A stretch of DNA of 63,997 bases, filler included, from Octopus bimaculoides (GCF_001194135.2; 4 parts of 4 records of this genome joined end to end with filler, not necessarily neighbours in it); one strand, 5' to 3'. Numbered from the whole stretch's first letter, positions 50,301 to 62,008 are shown. Program-made: numbers and translations. The notes: generated by a model from the letters alone, not told the origin.

Positions 50301-50580
50301 CTCATAGAATACCTATACCACCTAGGCCTTCGTTGTTGAATACCCAGAAAAATTTGTATCTACACCTTTGTCTGTAAGTGGTCTAGCTGAAGTTCTCTCT
50401 CTTGGACACAGCATACATATACATGTCTCCACTCAAGCATCTCAACTATCTCTCCAGACATACCTTTCATTGGGCCAACATTAATTATGCCAGCTAGCTC
50501 TGAGCTTGTAGAACTGGGAAGAAAGTTGGTGGGATGTTTTCAGCTACTACAAAGAAACAGATCTTTGGGGTCGCACGCCT
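47351..50580 (-). mobile_element. RTE-clade LINE, near full length (APE endonuclease plus RT), degraded
   Basis: INVGPMKG..GEIVEML..VCCVQE (APE N-terminus); MVGGFDGHV..GSRNEEG..LLEFC; GQIDYIL; KTRNAPGPSGI; [15 protein letters not shown]; VHQDSVLSPLLFII..YVDDLAL; (CAT)n tail at the left end. Confidence 0.92.
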
Positions 50581-51571
50581 GTAGGCAGTGGGTTCTTGTG
50601 CTTAGTTAGAGAAATAATGTTACAATTGCAGTTTCAAATTTCATCAGTCCTAGAGCCTTAATGGGTAAGCACATACATTATAACTGTGCTCACAGGTATA
50701 TGCCCATATTTCTGTATAAAGCATGTGTTCATACACTTGAGTTACCTTAGCCAAGGTGATGGTGAGGGGTGGATGGGAGGAGCATAGGGAATCTGTTGAT
50801 ATTGTATGACAAAATGTCCCACCACTTAGTTTAATGATCTAAGCTGAAATTAATGTGTTTATCAATTTCATTATCTGAAATATGAAATACCTATATATTC
50901 TCAGAGTGGGAGAGAGAGATAGAATTTAGGTTTGGCATTATTTGTTTATCAAATTGAGATTGGGGNNNNNNNNNNGGTACACATTGGCAATGAGGACTGA
51001 AGGAAGTTTTTAGCAATTAAACAATCACATTAAGAGGACTGCAAAGCCAGAAGATAAAAATAGTGGAGAAATAGAAAGAAAATATGAGAGATAAATAATG
51101 AAAATGAAAATGAATCAGTTTGCTTAATTTATTGATCCTGCATCTTGTTTGGGCTAGCAACAACAAGCATCTGAAAACAATGTGCACATGAATTACATAC
51201 AATGGTTGACAAGATTTTGCATGTGTAAACCAAGGGCTGGAGAAACTAACTGCCATGAATTTATAGGGAATCCATTGATATTGTAGGATAAAATGTTCCA
51301 CCACTAAGTTTAACAATCTAAGATTTTGGATAATTTTTCATGAAGCTATTACAAATAAAATTAATGTTGTATTTTATTACCCTGACTATAAAGTTATTGC
51401 AGGCTACTGTATATTAAAGATTGGTATAATTGGTGATGTTGGAGTTCAAATTTTTCAGGATGCCACTAAGCGTTTTACCTGCATGTCAATGATTCTGCCA
51501 ACTCCCCACCTTAAGGACTGTTAATATTGATGTTCCTTTATGTAAGACAGATATTGATTATTTTATGAATC

Positions 51572-51982
51572 TGTAGTGGCGCGTGTGGCCACCATCTTGG
51601 GAAGTGCCATTGTGCATGTGCAAGGGATTTGCCGTCAGCGGAAGTACCCGAGCACGTATGCGCAATGCAACAGGTGGAGAAAAAGCAATAGCGTTCGCTC
51701 TTTTTTCTCTCAAGCAGCTGTCGTGACAACACGTATCTCTCCCACAACTCGACCCCGACATGTGGTCGAAGCTTCTTTGGTATTCTAGCGGCATGCCTAT
51801 TCACCCAGGAACAAAACGGCTCTACACCAACCTAGAATAAACTATTGATCTGTTGTTACCGTTATCCCTCGTGTTGTTATATTTCTGGATTTAATGATTA
51901 ATATAAGAACTGGGGAGAGACGGCTGAGCCATCATATCTCATCCAATTCTTATAAATCTAACGCAGTTGGAAATTTACAACA
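51572..51982 (+). mobile_element. Probable solo LTR (411 bp), CpG-rich
   Basis: Starts TGTAGTGG, ends TTACAACA, internal AATAAA at about 51835; GC and CpG content contrast sharply with the flanks. No clear TSD. Confidence 0.6.
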
Positions 51983-52010
51983 TAACTAGAAGGAACTGAT
52001 AAAAAGATCA

Positions 52011-52170
52011 CTTTTTTCAAGGAAGATGACTCCCATGTCATATAAACAAGGTATCACAAACTTGGAAATAAAAAACACTGAAATTAATCCAATAAAACAA
52101 GTATGGGAACATCTTGATAGAAGGTTGTGAACAGGGTTGTCCAAAACTACAGGGCTGAAAGAAGTATTGA
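52011..52170 (+). mobile_element. Tc1-like transposase 3' fragment, second copy
   Basis: Direct repeat of 46975-47151; frameshifted FFQ..PCHINKVSQTW and EINPIKQVWEHLDRRL motifs (cf. Tc1 LNPIENxW). Confidence 0.6.
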
Positions 52171-52254
52171 CTGAAAACAAATTTTATATCAAATTAATAA
52201 ATGGCAAAAACCATACAAGTAACTGTAACTATTTTACTTCTTTTTCTTTTTAAG

Positions 52255-52444
52255 GTGGACTTTATGGTGGTGCAGCTGCTATAAAAACAAAGTTTCTTCC
52301 TTGGTTATCCCATGATTTAATTTCTGGTAATCGAATGTTACTTCCTTCCTTTGGAATGCAACTGAAAGACTATCAGTTAACTTATCAGAATAAGGAAGAT
52401 GAATTAAGAACTATTCAAGCAGAGAATGCAGCTTCTCAGGACAA
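52255..52444 (+). CDS. SPATA18: MIEAP/SPATA18-like protein, second identified exon (190 nt, phase 1 to 2)
   Basis: Polypyrimidine tract tttttcttttaag|GTGGAC...GACAA|gtgagt. Encodes GGLYGGAAAIKTKFLPWLSHDLISGNRMLLPSFGMQLKDYQLTYQNKEDELRTIQAENAASQD(K); compare MIEAP GGRNDGVETIKSRLLPWL. Phase matches the previous exon. Confidence 0.9.
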
Positions 52445-52912
52445 GTGAGTAAATAAAATATGCAATAAAGCAATAAAAAAATCTAAATTTATCAGAATCA
52501 ATACGACAAGTTGAAGAGTTAGTTTAGGAAAAGGGTCAGCTCAGAAGCCCATTGTTTGAAGATGATTAATAAATTCTCTCATAACAAGTTACTTATTCAT
52601 TCTGAAAGGACAAGAGAGTTTTTTTTTCTTTCATTTAGCAATTGTTTTTGTGAAATAGGTTAGAAAGGATCATTTTGGAGGGTGTTTTGCAGAGTGGAAT
52701 TGAAATCAAAGTTGGCAGTAAATATGGTACCTTGATCAGCAAGGTACTGCTTACAGAGTTAAATTGTTTAAAAAACAGTAGCTAAGAGGATTTTATAGTA
52801 TAGGGAAAATATAGACAAAAACATGGTGCTAATGATCAAATACATTTTTTAACTGTTTAAATGCTTGTAACTTTCAAAGAATTTATTTCTCCATCTATTC
52901 TGTATTTGATAG

Positions 52913-53090
52913 AGCTAAGCTGGTTGTGCCACAAGCATCTTTGAGTGCAGTGCAAGAACTTCAACAGGACCAAGTTGTGCAACGTTTTAAGGAAATGTAT
53001 TACACAGACAGAATGGATGCCATGAACATATTGAAACTTTATTGTGATGATCAAATTAAACTAGAAAAAATAATCTTTACTGTTTTTCAG
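52913..53090 (+). CDS. SPATA18: MIEAP/SPATA18-like protein, third identified exon (178 nt, phase 2 to 0)
   Basis: ttgatag|AGCTAAG...TTTCAG|gtgaga. Encodes AKLVVPQASLSAVQELQQDQVVQRFKEMYYTDRMDAMNILKLYCDDQIKLEKIIFTVFQ; compare MIEAP [39 protein letters not shown]. Confidence 0.9.
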
Positions 53091-54249
53091 GTGAGATCTC
53101 TTGAATGATGAATAAGTAAGTATTTATGAGAGCTGTTTGATAGAAAAGGGTAATTATAGTGACAAGTTCAGTCAATGAAGAAACTAAGATTCAGGTTGAT
53201 AACCTTTAAGCCTCATCCTTATTCCCTTCTATTTCCTTGTTTTAGAAGTTCTGAAACACTAATTCAAGATTTAGTATTCATGATACCTTATTGAAAGTAC
53301 TCTGAAATTTTGAAGCAAATGTGAGCATTAGGATGAACATTGTCAAAATTTCTTATTAGTTTATTATAGAGACATCCAAAACTCAAATGTCATGCTCAGT
53401 ATGCAAAGCAGGAATGTAGTAACTTGATATGTAAACCAATGCAGTTGAGGTGTATATTTCTTTCAAAGGAACTTCAGATAGATTGATAGGAAAACATGAT
53501 AATATGCAATATATATTGATAATCACTTTTCTGAAGTAACTTTTTTTAGCATTGGGAAACAGAATGAAAGCAGTGTATCTGCATTACAAAGCATGTTTGT
53601 GAACTTTAGAGATTTTAGTCTTTGTTACAAATAAAGACTTCTAGCCACAAATCAGCCCTGATCTTACTGTCAGCTGTAACCTTCCGTCTTTTATTCAAGT
53701 ATTATGTACACTTAACTATATTATTATATTGTTCAATATATCTCTTTTAAAACAGTTGGGTGTTAGTGAAAGAGATTTAGCTTATATTTCTTACAAATTG
53801 GATGACCACAAAGTTGCTCCTTCGAAAGCTTCTGAGAAGTATGTTGTACATATCATTGAAAATGAATTGCAGTCAGGAAAACTGCTTTGTGATTGATCTA
53901 CTGTACTGAATTTAGAATCTGCTCTTAAGTTGAGAAAACAAATATGGATTAGAGACGTTAATTAGTGTATGTGAATTGATAATTGTGCTGGTATGTAATG
54001 GCAAAAGATAATGTGTGTAAAGTGAAACGGTTGCATGCAGTCTTACAATCTTGAACTGAAATTATCTTTGTCTTCCATTTTTCTGTTAATTCAATCAACT
54101 ATATTTCATTTTTAATGATAGCACTTTGTGGCATTTCTTTTGGCATTAAACTCTGATACTTATTTCATTGACCCCCAAAAGGATGAAAGGCAAAGTTGAC
54201 CTTCGTGGAATTTTGCCTGGTGTAGTAACAATTCAGCCAACTCACTACC

Positions 54250-54250
<1 letters not shown>

Positions 54251-54289
<39 letters not shown>
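54251..54289. repeat. (TAA)13 microsatellite
   Basis: Read directly from the sequence. Confidence 0.95.
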
Positions 54290-54290
<1 letters not shown>

Positions 54291-55774
54291 TCCTAGCAGT
54301 ACTCATGGAAATTCCATAGTTATTTTGAAAACAGTACAATGAAATTATATATTATTATGAAACATTTGATTTTTGAGATGTGAAAATCTATGTCGGCAAT
54401 ATTGAAGAAGCAATTTATTTAAAAAGTGTTCATGCAACAATGAAAAGTTCATACAAAATGCAAAGTTCTTGTTTATAATTTTAATGATTAGATTCAAATG
54501 GTATTTCTCTCTTATCTTAGGACATTTGTTTTTGCTTTTTAGGCATACTCAGTAAATTACTTGATTCAAGGTAACTTTTTTCATAGTACCAATTTGCCTG
54601 TGGACCTGGCATTAATTGTACCCATTAATGCCATTATATTCTTTTAAATCGGTTTACAATAATAGGAACTATATACTTTAATGACTATGTAATACTTATG
54701 AAGTTTACTTAGGACACTGCTGATAACTAGGGAGTTTCATTATTTGATATTATTTCAGCATTTGACTTGGTCTGAGACATTATCCACCCAATTGTAAGTG
54801 GCATTTTATTTGTGCATTGCAAAGCACCTATAGGATGAATTTTGCTTACATACCTGTATATACCTAACTATTACTACAATTCGCTATATACGAGGTTTAG
54901 TCCAATTTCATTTCCTAGCACTGTCCATCTAACCGCTGAATTACCAATACTAGTTGCCTCCCCTTAACCACTAACCCGTACATTCCCCAATTCTTCCCTC
55001 ATGTATGTTATAACGTTAAGATGCTGAAGGACATAAATGGCCCTCAATGTTTTTTCACTGACTTATCCCCCGCATCTTTTTCCTTTTCTTGTTTATTTCA
55101 TAAACAAATCCTTTGTAACGATTTTAACTTGTAACCCCAGTTCAAATTGTAACTGACCAATTGTGGTCCAGATGGAGAATATGTAATCGGAACCTTTCCC
55201 CCCTTAGCCATGTATTTTTTCATGACGAAAAAATACATGGCTTTCGTGATGTCAACACACATACACACATACACACACACATATAATGAATGTCATGGTG
55301 TGTCAATCAACACACGCACACATTCACTATCTGTAACAATACACACACATAGTCTTCGTGCTCTCTAAGAAAAAAAATGTTGACTTTTTGACATACACAA
55401 TATTTAATCATTCAGAAATATTTTAAACTGAATGTGATTTCATCATCCGGAGTGTGTTAATTTCTGTAAATTTTTTTTATTTATTTACTTTTGTTTTAAA
55501 GTGAAAGATGTATGTACATGTATATGAAATAGACGTGTGTGTGTGAAAGAGAGAAAGAGAGAGGAAGAAAGAGAGAAAGAAAGAGAGAATGAGTGAAGGG
55601 GTGTGTTGTCATGTATATGTACATACATCGATACATATGCATACATCTTTTTTGTATGTATGTGTACTTATTTGTGTGTGTGTGAAAGGGAGAGTGTGAG
55701 TGAGTGAACGTGTGTTCTCGTGTATGTGTAAGTGGCACACTCTCTTTCTCTCTCTCTCTCAACTTAGTACCATT

Positions 55775-56480
55775 ATAACTACTGACTTCACCTCCCTTTT
55801 CTTTGTCCTTCTGTATTAGCACTGTCTTACCTTTTGTCATCCATGTTGGTATTCTATTTTCTATATAGTGTATAGTTGTGCATACTTTTCAGATTTTCAA
55901 GCTAAAATCCTTGAACACCATCTTGTCCATGGACTTGCCAATTAGGTACTTTCTTAAGTATCTGTTTCCCTTCCTTATTTGTGATACTTTGTTTTGATCT
56001 ATTTTCCATTTCACTTTTAAAATTCCATAGCCAATTTGTTTCCCTGTTATATTGAACCTCTTGGCTTCAATCTGACTAAAGGTTCTCTGCTGCTTTAGCA
56101 TTAGGCACATCGTTGTCTTGATATTCATTCTCATTGCTTAGCTGTTGGTAAAATTTCCTGTTTCTGAAAAGCCTGTTCTGCTGATACTTGTTTATTCTTT
56201 GCTGTTATCTAGCTATTTTACTTGATATCTCTACTAAGCTGTTCAACTTGATTTTCAAGCCTCCGTGTCCCTTGCTTTTCCTTGACTTTTAACTCCAAGA
56301 AATTCTACCGCAACAGAAATCGCACAGTATATGAGGTGATTTACATTTGTTATATTTTCAATATTTTCAATATTTGTTAACAACTCATCCAGCTTCTTTA
56401 CTACTTATGTAGTTTTTTTCATTCAATACCCCTCAAAGCTGGTTGTCTTGTTCTTTCCATAATTCATGTCTCATTAAACT
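55775..56480 (-). mobile_element. R4/Dong-clade LINE remnant
   Basis: IPTWMTKGKTVLIQKDKEKGGEVSSY (cf. WMTKGRTVLIQKD..NYRPI) plus decayed upstream sequence. Confidence 0.7.
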
Positions 56481-57509
56481 GATCAGGTAAGCTCCTTTCC
56501 TGTTACAAAGTAAAAATTGCTTTCATCTTCACCAGTATTTCTCTTTTGATGAAAGGTATTTAGTAGTGGGTTTAAAAAGTAACACAGTAGTCATGATGAT
56601 TTGAAGAAAGGATGGCTTTATCTGCTAGGTTTAAGTGAAGTTTTCAGGGATAACTAGTTCTGAGCAGCAGAACCTATCATAGTTGCAACAGAAGAAGGAC
56701 ACAGCTCAATGATGGGATCATGTTTGTAGATTTTTGTGAGTGAAAGATTTGTTACAAAATTGTGGATTTTGATTGTAATCTAGAATGTAGATACATGTAA
56801 ACAGGTACATCATTCCAAATATCTGAGGTAAACTTTTGTTAAGTTAACTTTTCAGAACTCAGTATTTTCTGATTGAAAAAGAAATCCTTTCTTTGTGAGG
56901 TAGTCTAGGCTATGTAGTTGGTGTATGTTGGATATAGTCCTGTTGATATGTATAGAGTCTGTTGATTAACTGTGTTGTCATGTATATTTCAGAATGGTTA
57001 TAATGTCTCTGTTCCTGTAGAACGATCTTGCTTGGTAGGAGGAGTTGTAATTGCATATGAATGAGGTTTGTACATCAAATGCAAGGGAATTAAGAATAAT
57101 GTTGTCATCTGTGTTTTGAGGTGACAAAGAGCAAATCTTAAGTTTCTTCCAGATATGTATAGTATTCAATGCTAAGAGTTTGCAATTCAAAGCAAAACTT
57201 GTCAAAGATATTTGACATTTTAGCTCATCAGTTACACTAGAAGAGAGAAACTAGTAAATTACTTTGTTTATATAAATATACAGTAATTTTACTTGTTCTC
57301 TTAATGAGCGATTTTATTTTTATTCATTAACTATCAATAATTGTAGGCACCTTTTTGAGGCATAAAAAGGATGCTTTTTTTTTTATTAAATTACTTTTTG
57401 ATTTTTAATTCCAATTTTTCTATACTTGTAATTTATTCTAACTTTAATCATTATTATATACCCTAGAAAATGTTTTATGATCATCATAATATATTTTCAA
57501 CTTTCTTAG

Positions 57510-57668
57510 AAAGCCTGTTCAGCAGGACGATTTAGCCTTCATCAATATAAAGCCAAACTTCGAGATTTTTTTGATGGCAAATATGACAGCCCTCAGTCAA
57601 AGGAGCAATTGATTCAAGAGTTTATCTTCAGACTTGCTGGCCCTTATGATTTGGGAGCTATTGTGACT
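57510..57668 (+). CDS. SPATA18: MIEAP/SPATA18-like protein, fourth identified exon (159 nt, phase 0 to 0)
   Basis: ctttcttag|AAAGCC...GTGACT|gtaagt. Open 53 codons KACSAGRFSLHQYKAKLRDFFDGKYDSPQSKEQLIQEFIFRLAGPYDLGAIVT, colinear with MIEAP EAFHVAKMAFRHFKIHVR...HLDLYDSQSSVN. Confidence 0.85.
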
Positions 57669-59035
57669 GTAAGTTAAATAAATAAGACTATATTTTGGCT
57701 TTTTTACATGATTCAATCTGATTTTCACTAATAATTTTTTTTTAATTTTATAATTTTCTAACATTATATTGATATAATGCTAAACTTGTAAAATTTTTGT
57801 GCATGATTGCTACTTCATCTTTTTATTTTCCTGTTTCTATGACTTTAAAAAGAATTATCCTATTACTATATCTGCCTGGCTTAAATGTTATCTAAACTAG
57901 TCAATTAAACTTCATAAAATAATTTGATCAGTTCTTTTTCTTCTATGAAATAGACTATTTTTCTGTCTTGGTTTTATTACTTCCTAAATTTTTTACCTTC
58001 TATCTTCAATCCATTTCTGTTTTTGACGTTACACCCTCTGCTGTAACTTCTCTGTAAAAATTAAATCTGAGCTTATCAACTCCCTACTACTACTCTCACC
58101 CTCTCTAAAGAGAGCTGACATCAATGGTAAATATGATTTCTAATTACACTGGAAGTTTTCCTTTCCTAATTTTTCCATGTTCACTTACTATCTTCACAAC
58201 TTTCCAAACATTAGCAGATGTCACCAAATTTTCACTCTACATTGAGGACATCATTTCACTTCTTTCCCTAAAGTTGTTCTTGTTTAGAATCAAGTTAGTT
58301 CTTATCAAATTGACCTATGATCAATGGCCTGTCATTGTATTTTCTAGATTACATTATCGAATGTCTTTCTGTAGGTTGGAATTTGAGGGAGGCTGCTAAA
58401 TTTAACATGTTGAGCAATCATGAAGATGGTTTGTCCTCATCACATACAAGCTTTCTTTAACCAAGATACCCTCTTTTGCTTATCTCTCCCTGAAGTTGTC
58501 ATTCTTGGTAACTTCAGCTTCATAGTTCTCTCAAAGCAAAACTGCTGGTACAGAAGCTAAAATGTCAGCCTTTCTCTCCAAGGCTGATCTCATACTCATG
58601 TTTCTGATCAATCAGCTAACTCTCCAAATATTCTTGGTCTCTTCTACCTCCAGAATTCACTCATGACTCTGTTATTACAGTTTCTGTAACTATATGATCA
58701 TGCACAACTAATATTGCACCAATGAGATGTGCAGTATTAATGTGTTTCACACCCTAATCTATCTAGAGCTGATAAATAGCTGAGTGATTCTTCTCACAAC
58801 TAAAACCCATAACCAATCAATATAGGAAATAGATCTAATTATGGAATTTCTTTTATAATAAATTGTTCTTTTTTGTATTATTTTCATATTTTCCTCTTTA
58901 TGAATTAAACATTCTACAAGTACTTTACATCTTCCATCCATGTACTTGAATTAATGTGTGACAGTCAATTGCATTAATACTTACTACAATCTATGATGAT
59001 TGTTATTCCATTAAACTTATAAAATTATTTTTTAG

Positions 59036-59208
59036 GATGTTATTGAAGATGTGGATTCATCCTTAAACTACTTACTTCCAACTGGCTGCAGTATTTCAGT
59101 AATTCAGTCATTTATCCGTGAAGCATGTAAACTAGGTTGGAATATGGCTTGCCTGGTTATTCCCATTGACATTGACCTTGGAATTGAAACAGTTTTTGAT
59201 CCAGTGAA
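59036..59208 (+). CDS. SPATA18: MIEAP/SPATA18-like protein, fifth identified exon (173 nt, phase 0 to 2), C-terminal MIEAP domain
   Basis: tttttag|GATGTT...GTGAA|gtatgt. Encodes DVIEDVDSSLNYLLPTGCSISVIQSFIREACKLGWNMACLVIPIDIDLGIETVFDPV(K); compare MIEAP [36 protein letters not shown]. Confidence 0.9.
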
Positions 59209-60762
59209 GTATGTTTCTTCATACCAGTAAAATTTTCACTTGTTTGGAAAAGATATCCTATTTATTAAGATAACTACAACTAAGCATGTGGTTAATGATT
59301 AATTATCCATAAAGATCCATAGTAGAGATTGTGTCTATCTAATTAACACTATATAATTGATAGTTATTTGATCAAAATAGTCCAATACTTATAGAGTTGC
59401 TCTGAGAAATATTAAGAGATCTAGAAATATAAACTCAGTCCAATATCATACTATTATTGTGTTGTAGCTGATGGAGTGGTATAAGAATAGTAATGATTAA
59501 GAATAACAGAAGAAAATTCCTGATATACAGGAAATAAAATACAAGACTTGGATAAATAAAAAAAATTTAGTCTATCTAAAAATTTGGTCGATTGCAGGTA
59601 TGTAAAATGGTTGTAGCCCAGATATTGCAGTTGCAGATTGTATTTCAAAATACAAATTAAGCCTACAATTTAACAAAAAAATAATAACAATAAGGTAACA
59701 CAGAGATTAAGAAAATATTAAATTGAAAACCCCAGACTAGAGAAAGTTTAAGGTTTTGGGCATAAAAATTTTGAGTAGAACTGACGTTTGACCAATTATT
59801 TTGTTCAGTGCTTGACAAATAACAAATAGGAGTTAGTGAGATTGATGCAGTTGACATACATCATGAACATTTGTAGGTTTGTGTCTGTATGAAAATCATA
59901 GCTTGAGTTAGTGTTCCATCTCTGGAAAGGAATGACTGTAACAAGTGTTAAGAGTAAAATTTCAGTGATGGAATGAGTGTATTGTGTGGGCCAGAGTAAA
60001 GAGGTTTTGTTCCTCGCTAGTTCAGAAAAGCAGAATTCATTTTAATAATTGCAGAGCAGGTGGAAAGAGGAAACATTGCATCTGTGAGATAATAGTTGAA
60101 GTAAGTGTGATAGTAAGTGAACTTGTGGACTGGCTTTCTTTTGTATACCATATAAGATATTTATGTGTGTAGCAGAAACATCACCCACGCACTTTAACTT
60201 CTAACCCACTCTCTCTGCCAGGATTGCCAGATCATTTTCATAAAAGTAGCATAAAATTTTCAAAAAGTTGCAGATTGTATTAGAAAATAGCCCAAAATGA
60301 GAATTTTGCAGTTTACCAGATGGCAGTGTCCTAAAAAATGTAAAAGCATGTAGTTCTGTTACATGAAGCTCATTCTAACGAGCCTGCTTTCTGCCTTTTC
60401 GATCTCTACTACATTGACTAATATTGTATAGTAGAGCTGGTTGATTTTGTATAATGTGGTATGATGTCAGTGTCTGGGGAGGCTGACCGGAAGGGGAAAA
60501 AGGGCAGAGGGAGCCTCGATCGGGATTCGTGCACTTTTCAAACGGGGTTGTGGTCAGGACAAGACGTGTTAAGCGACGGTCTAGGTTTGGGAGAGGCAGC
60601 TGCTATTCCTGGTGTACTTTGGGTCGGGGCAAGCTTCAAGGATTGAATACCGCAAGACAGACTCGCAGTCGAGGAAAGGAAAACCGAGGTAAGGCGATTA
60701 CATCTACTCGTACGCACACACCACAAGCTATTTCGGCCCCACGTGCAGAAATTCGCCGCGAT

Positions 60763-60862
60763 NNNNNNNNNNNNNNNNNNNNNNNNNNNNNNNNNNNNNN
60801 NNNNNNTTAATTAATTAANNNNNNNNNNNNNNNNNNNNNNNNNNNNNNNNNNNNNNNNNNNN
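60763..60862. other. Assembly spacer N44-TTAATTAATTAA-N44
   Basis: Same 100-nt architecture as 25094-25193. Confidence 0.95.
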
Positions 60863-60951
60863 AACACTCACAACGCCCGGTCTGGGAATCGAAACCGCAA
60901 TCCTATGAACGCAAGTCCGCTGCCCTAACCACTGGGCAATTGCGCCTCCAC
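60863..60951 (-). mobile_element. tRNA-derived SINE head (family C)
   Basis: Reverse complement GGAGGCGCAATTGCCCAGTGGTTAGGGCAGCGGACTTGCG...GGTTTCGATTCCCAGACCGGGCG has A-box and B-box-like motifs; body lost in the gap. Confidence 0.75.
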
Positions 60952-61731
60952 TCCATACTTAGTATATGTAAAACAATACTGATGCTTTATTCAGACTAAA
61001 GAAAAAGCCCTGTTGACCTAAATGCTTAATGTTTAATAATTCCCCAACATTATGATGGCAGTAAAAAAAACCCAACCTAAAATAGTGTTGCCACTCTGAC
61101 CAGAGAAACCTTTATAACCATATCCATGTATAATGCTTACACCTTCCCTTTCCTTAGAAGTGATTGCCCCCTTATACTAGATATGAGAACCACTAGATAT
61201 GAGACAAATAAAATCAGAGACAGTTAGAATTCTATCTAGAACTAATTACTAGCCTGCTAGCCTTGGCTATGTCAAGATGAATTTTTATGTATTCTTCTTC
61301 CCACTTGGATTTTAAATGTTGCCACAATTATAATATGTCTATTCTACTGTAATTTTCTACATTTTTGTGCAGCTGAAGATTGCTCTACATATTGCATTTA
61401 ATGAAATGCTCGCATTACTTAAATAAATGGAGTAGCATGAAACGTGCGTACTGCAATCATCTTTAAAATCCATGTTGCTTTTTCTGATTTCTGATCACCT
61501 TGTTTTTGGAATTGTTTTGGATAATACCATACTATATTCTGGTGCCTAAACTTAAGTACCACATTCAATTTTGAATCTAAATCTTTTATATATNNNNNNN
61601 NNNNNNNNNNNNNNNNNNNNNNNNNNNNNNNNNNNNNNNNNNNNNNNNNNNNNNNNNNNNNNNNNNNNNNNNNNNNNNNNNNNNNNNNNNNNNNNNNNNN
61701 NNNNNNNNNNNNNNNNNNNNNNNNNNNNNNN

Positions 61732-61776
61732 AGATAGATTAGATAGATAGATAGATAGATAAATAGATGGATAGAT

Positions 61777-61827
<51 letters not shown>

Positions 61828-61832
61828 GTAGG

Positions 61833-61887
<55 letters not shown>

Positions 61888-61908
61888 GTAGGTAGGTAGG
61901 TAGGTAGG

Positions 61909-61939
<31 letters not shown>

Positions 61940-62008
61940 GTAGGTAGGTAGATAGATAGATAGATAGACACATAGATAGATAGATAGGTAGATAGGCAGA
62001 CAGACAGT
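61732..62008. repeat. (GATA)n/(GGTA)n tetranucleotide array
   Basis: Read directly from the sequence; adjacent to an N gap. Confidence 0.95.

Noticed and set aside
60476-60512. G-quadruplex (GGGG-13-GGGG-5-GGG-4-GGG)
   Set aside because: The first loop is long and there is no other evidence of function.
60863-60951. tRNA gene
   Set aside because: Has A/B boxes but I could not fold a clean acceptor stem and cloverleaf; better explained as a SINE head.
61436-61550. DHLVFGIVLDNTILYSGA as the terminal MIEAP exon
   Set aside because: Wrong phase, and no YRRSYD or WP motif; the similarity is superficial.
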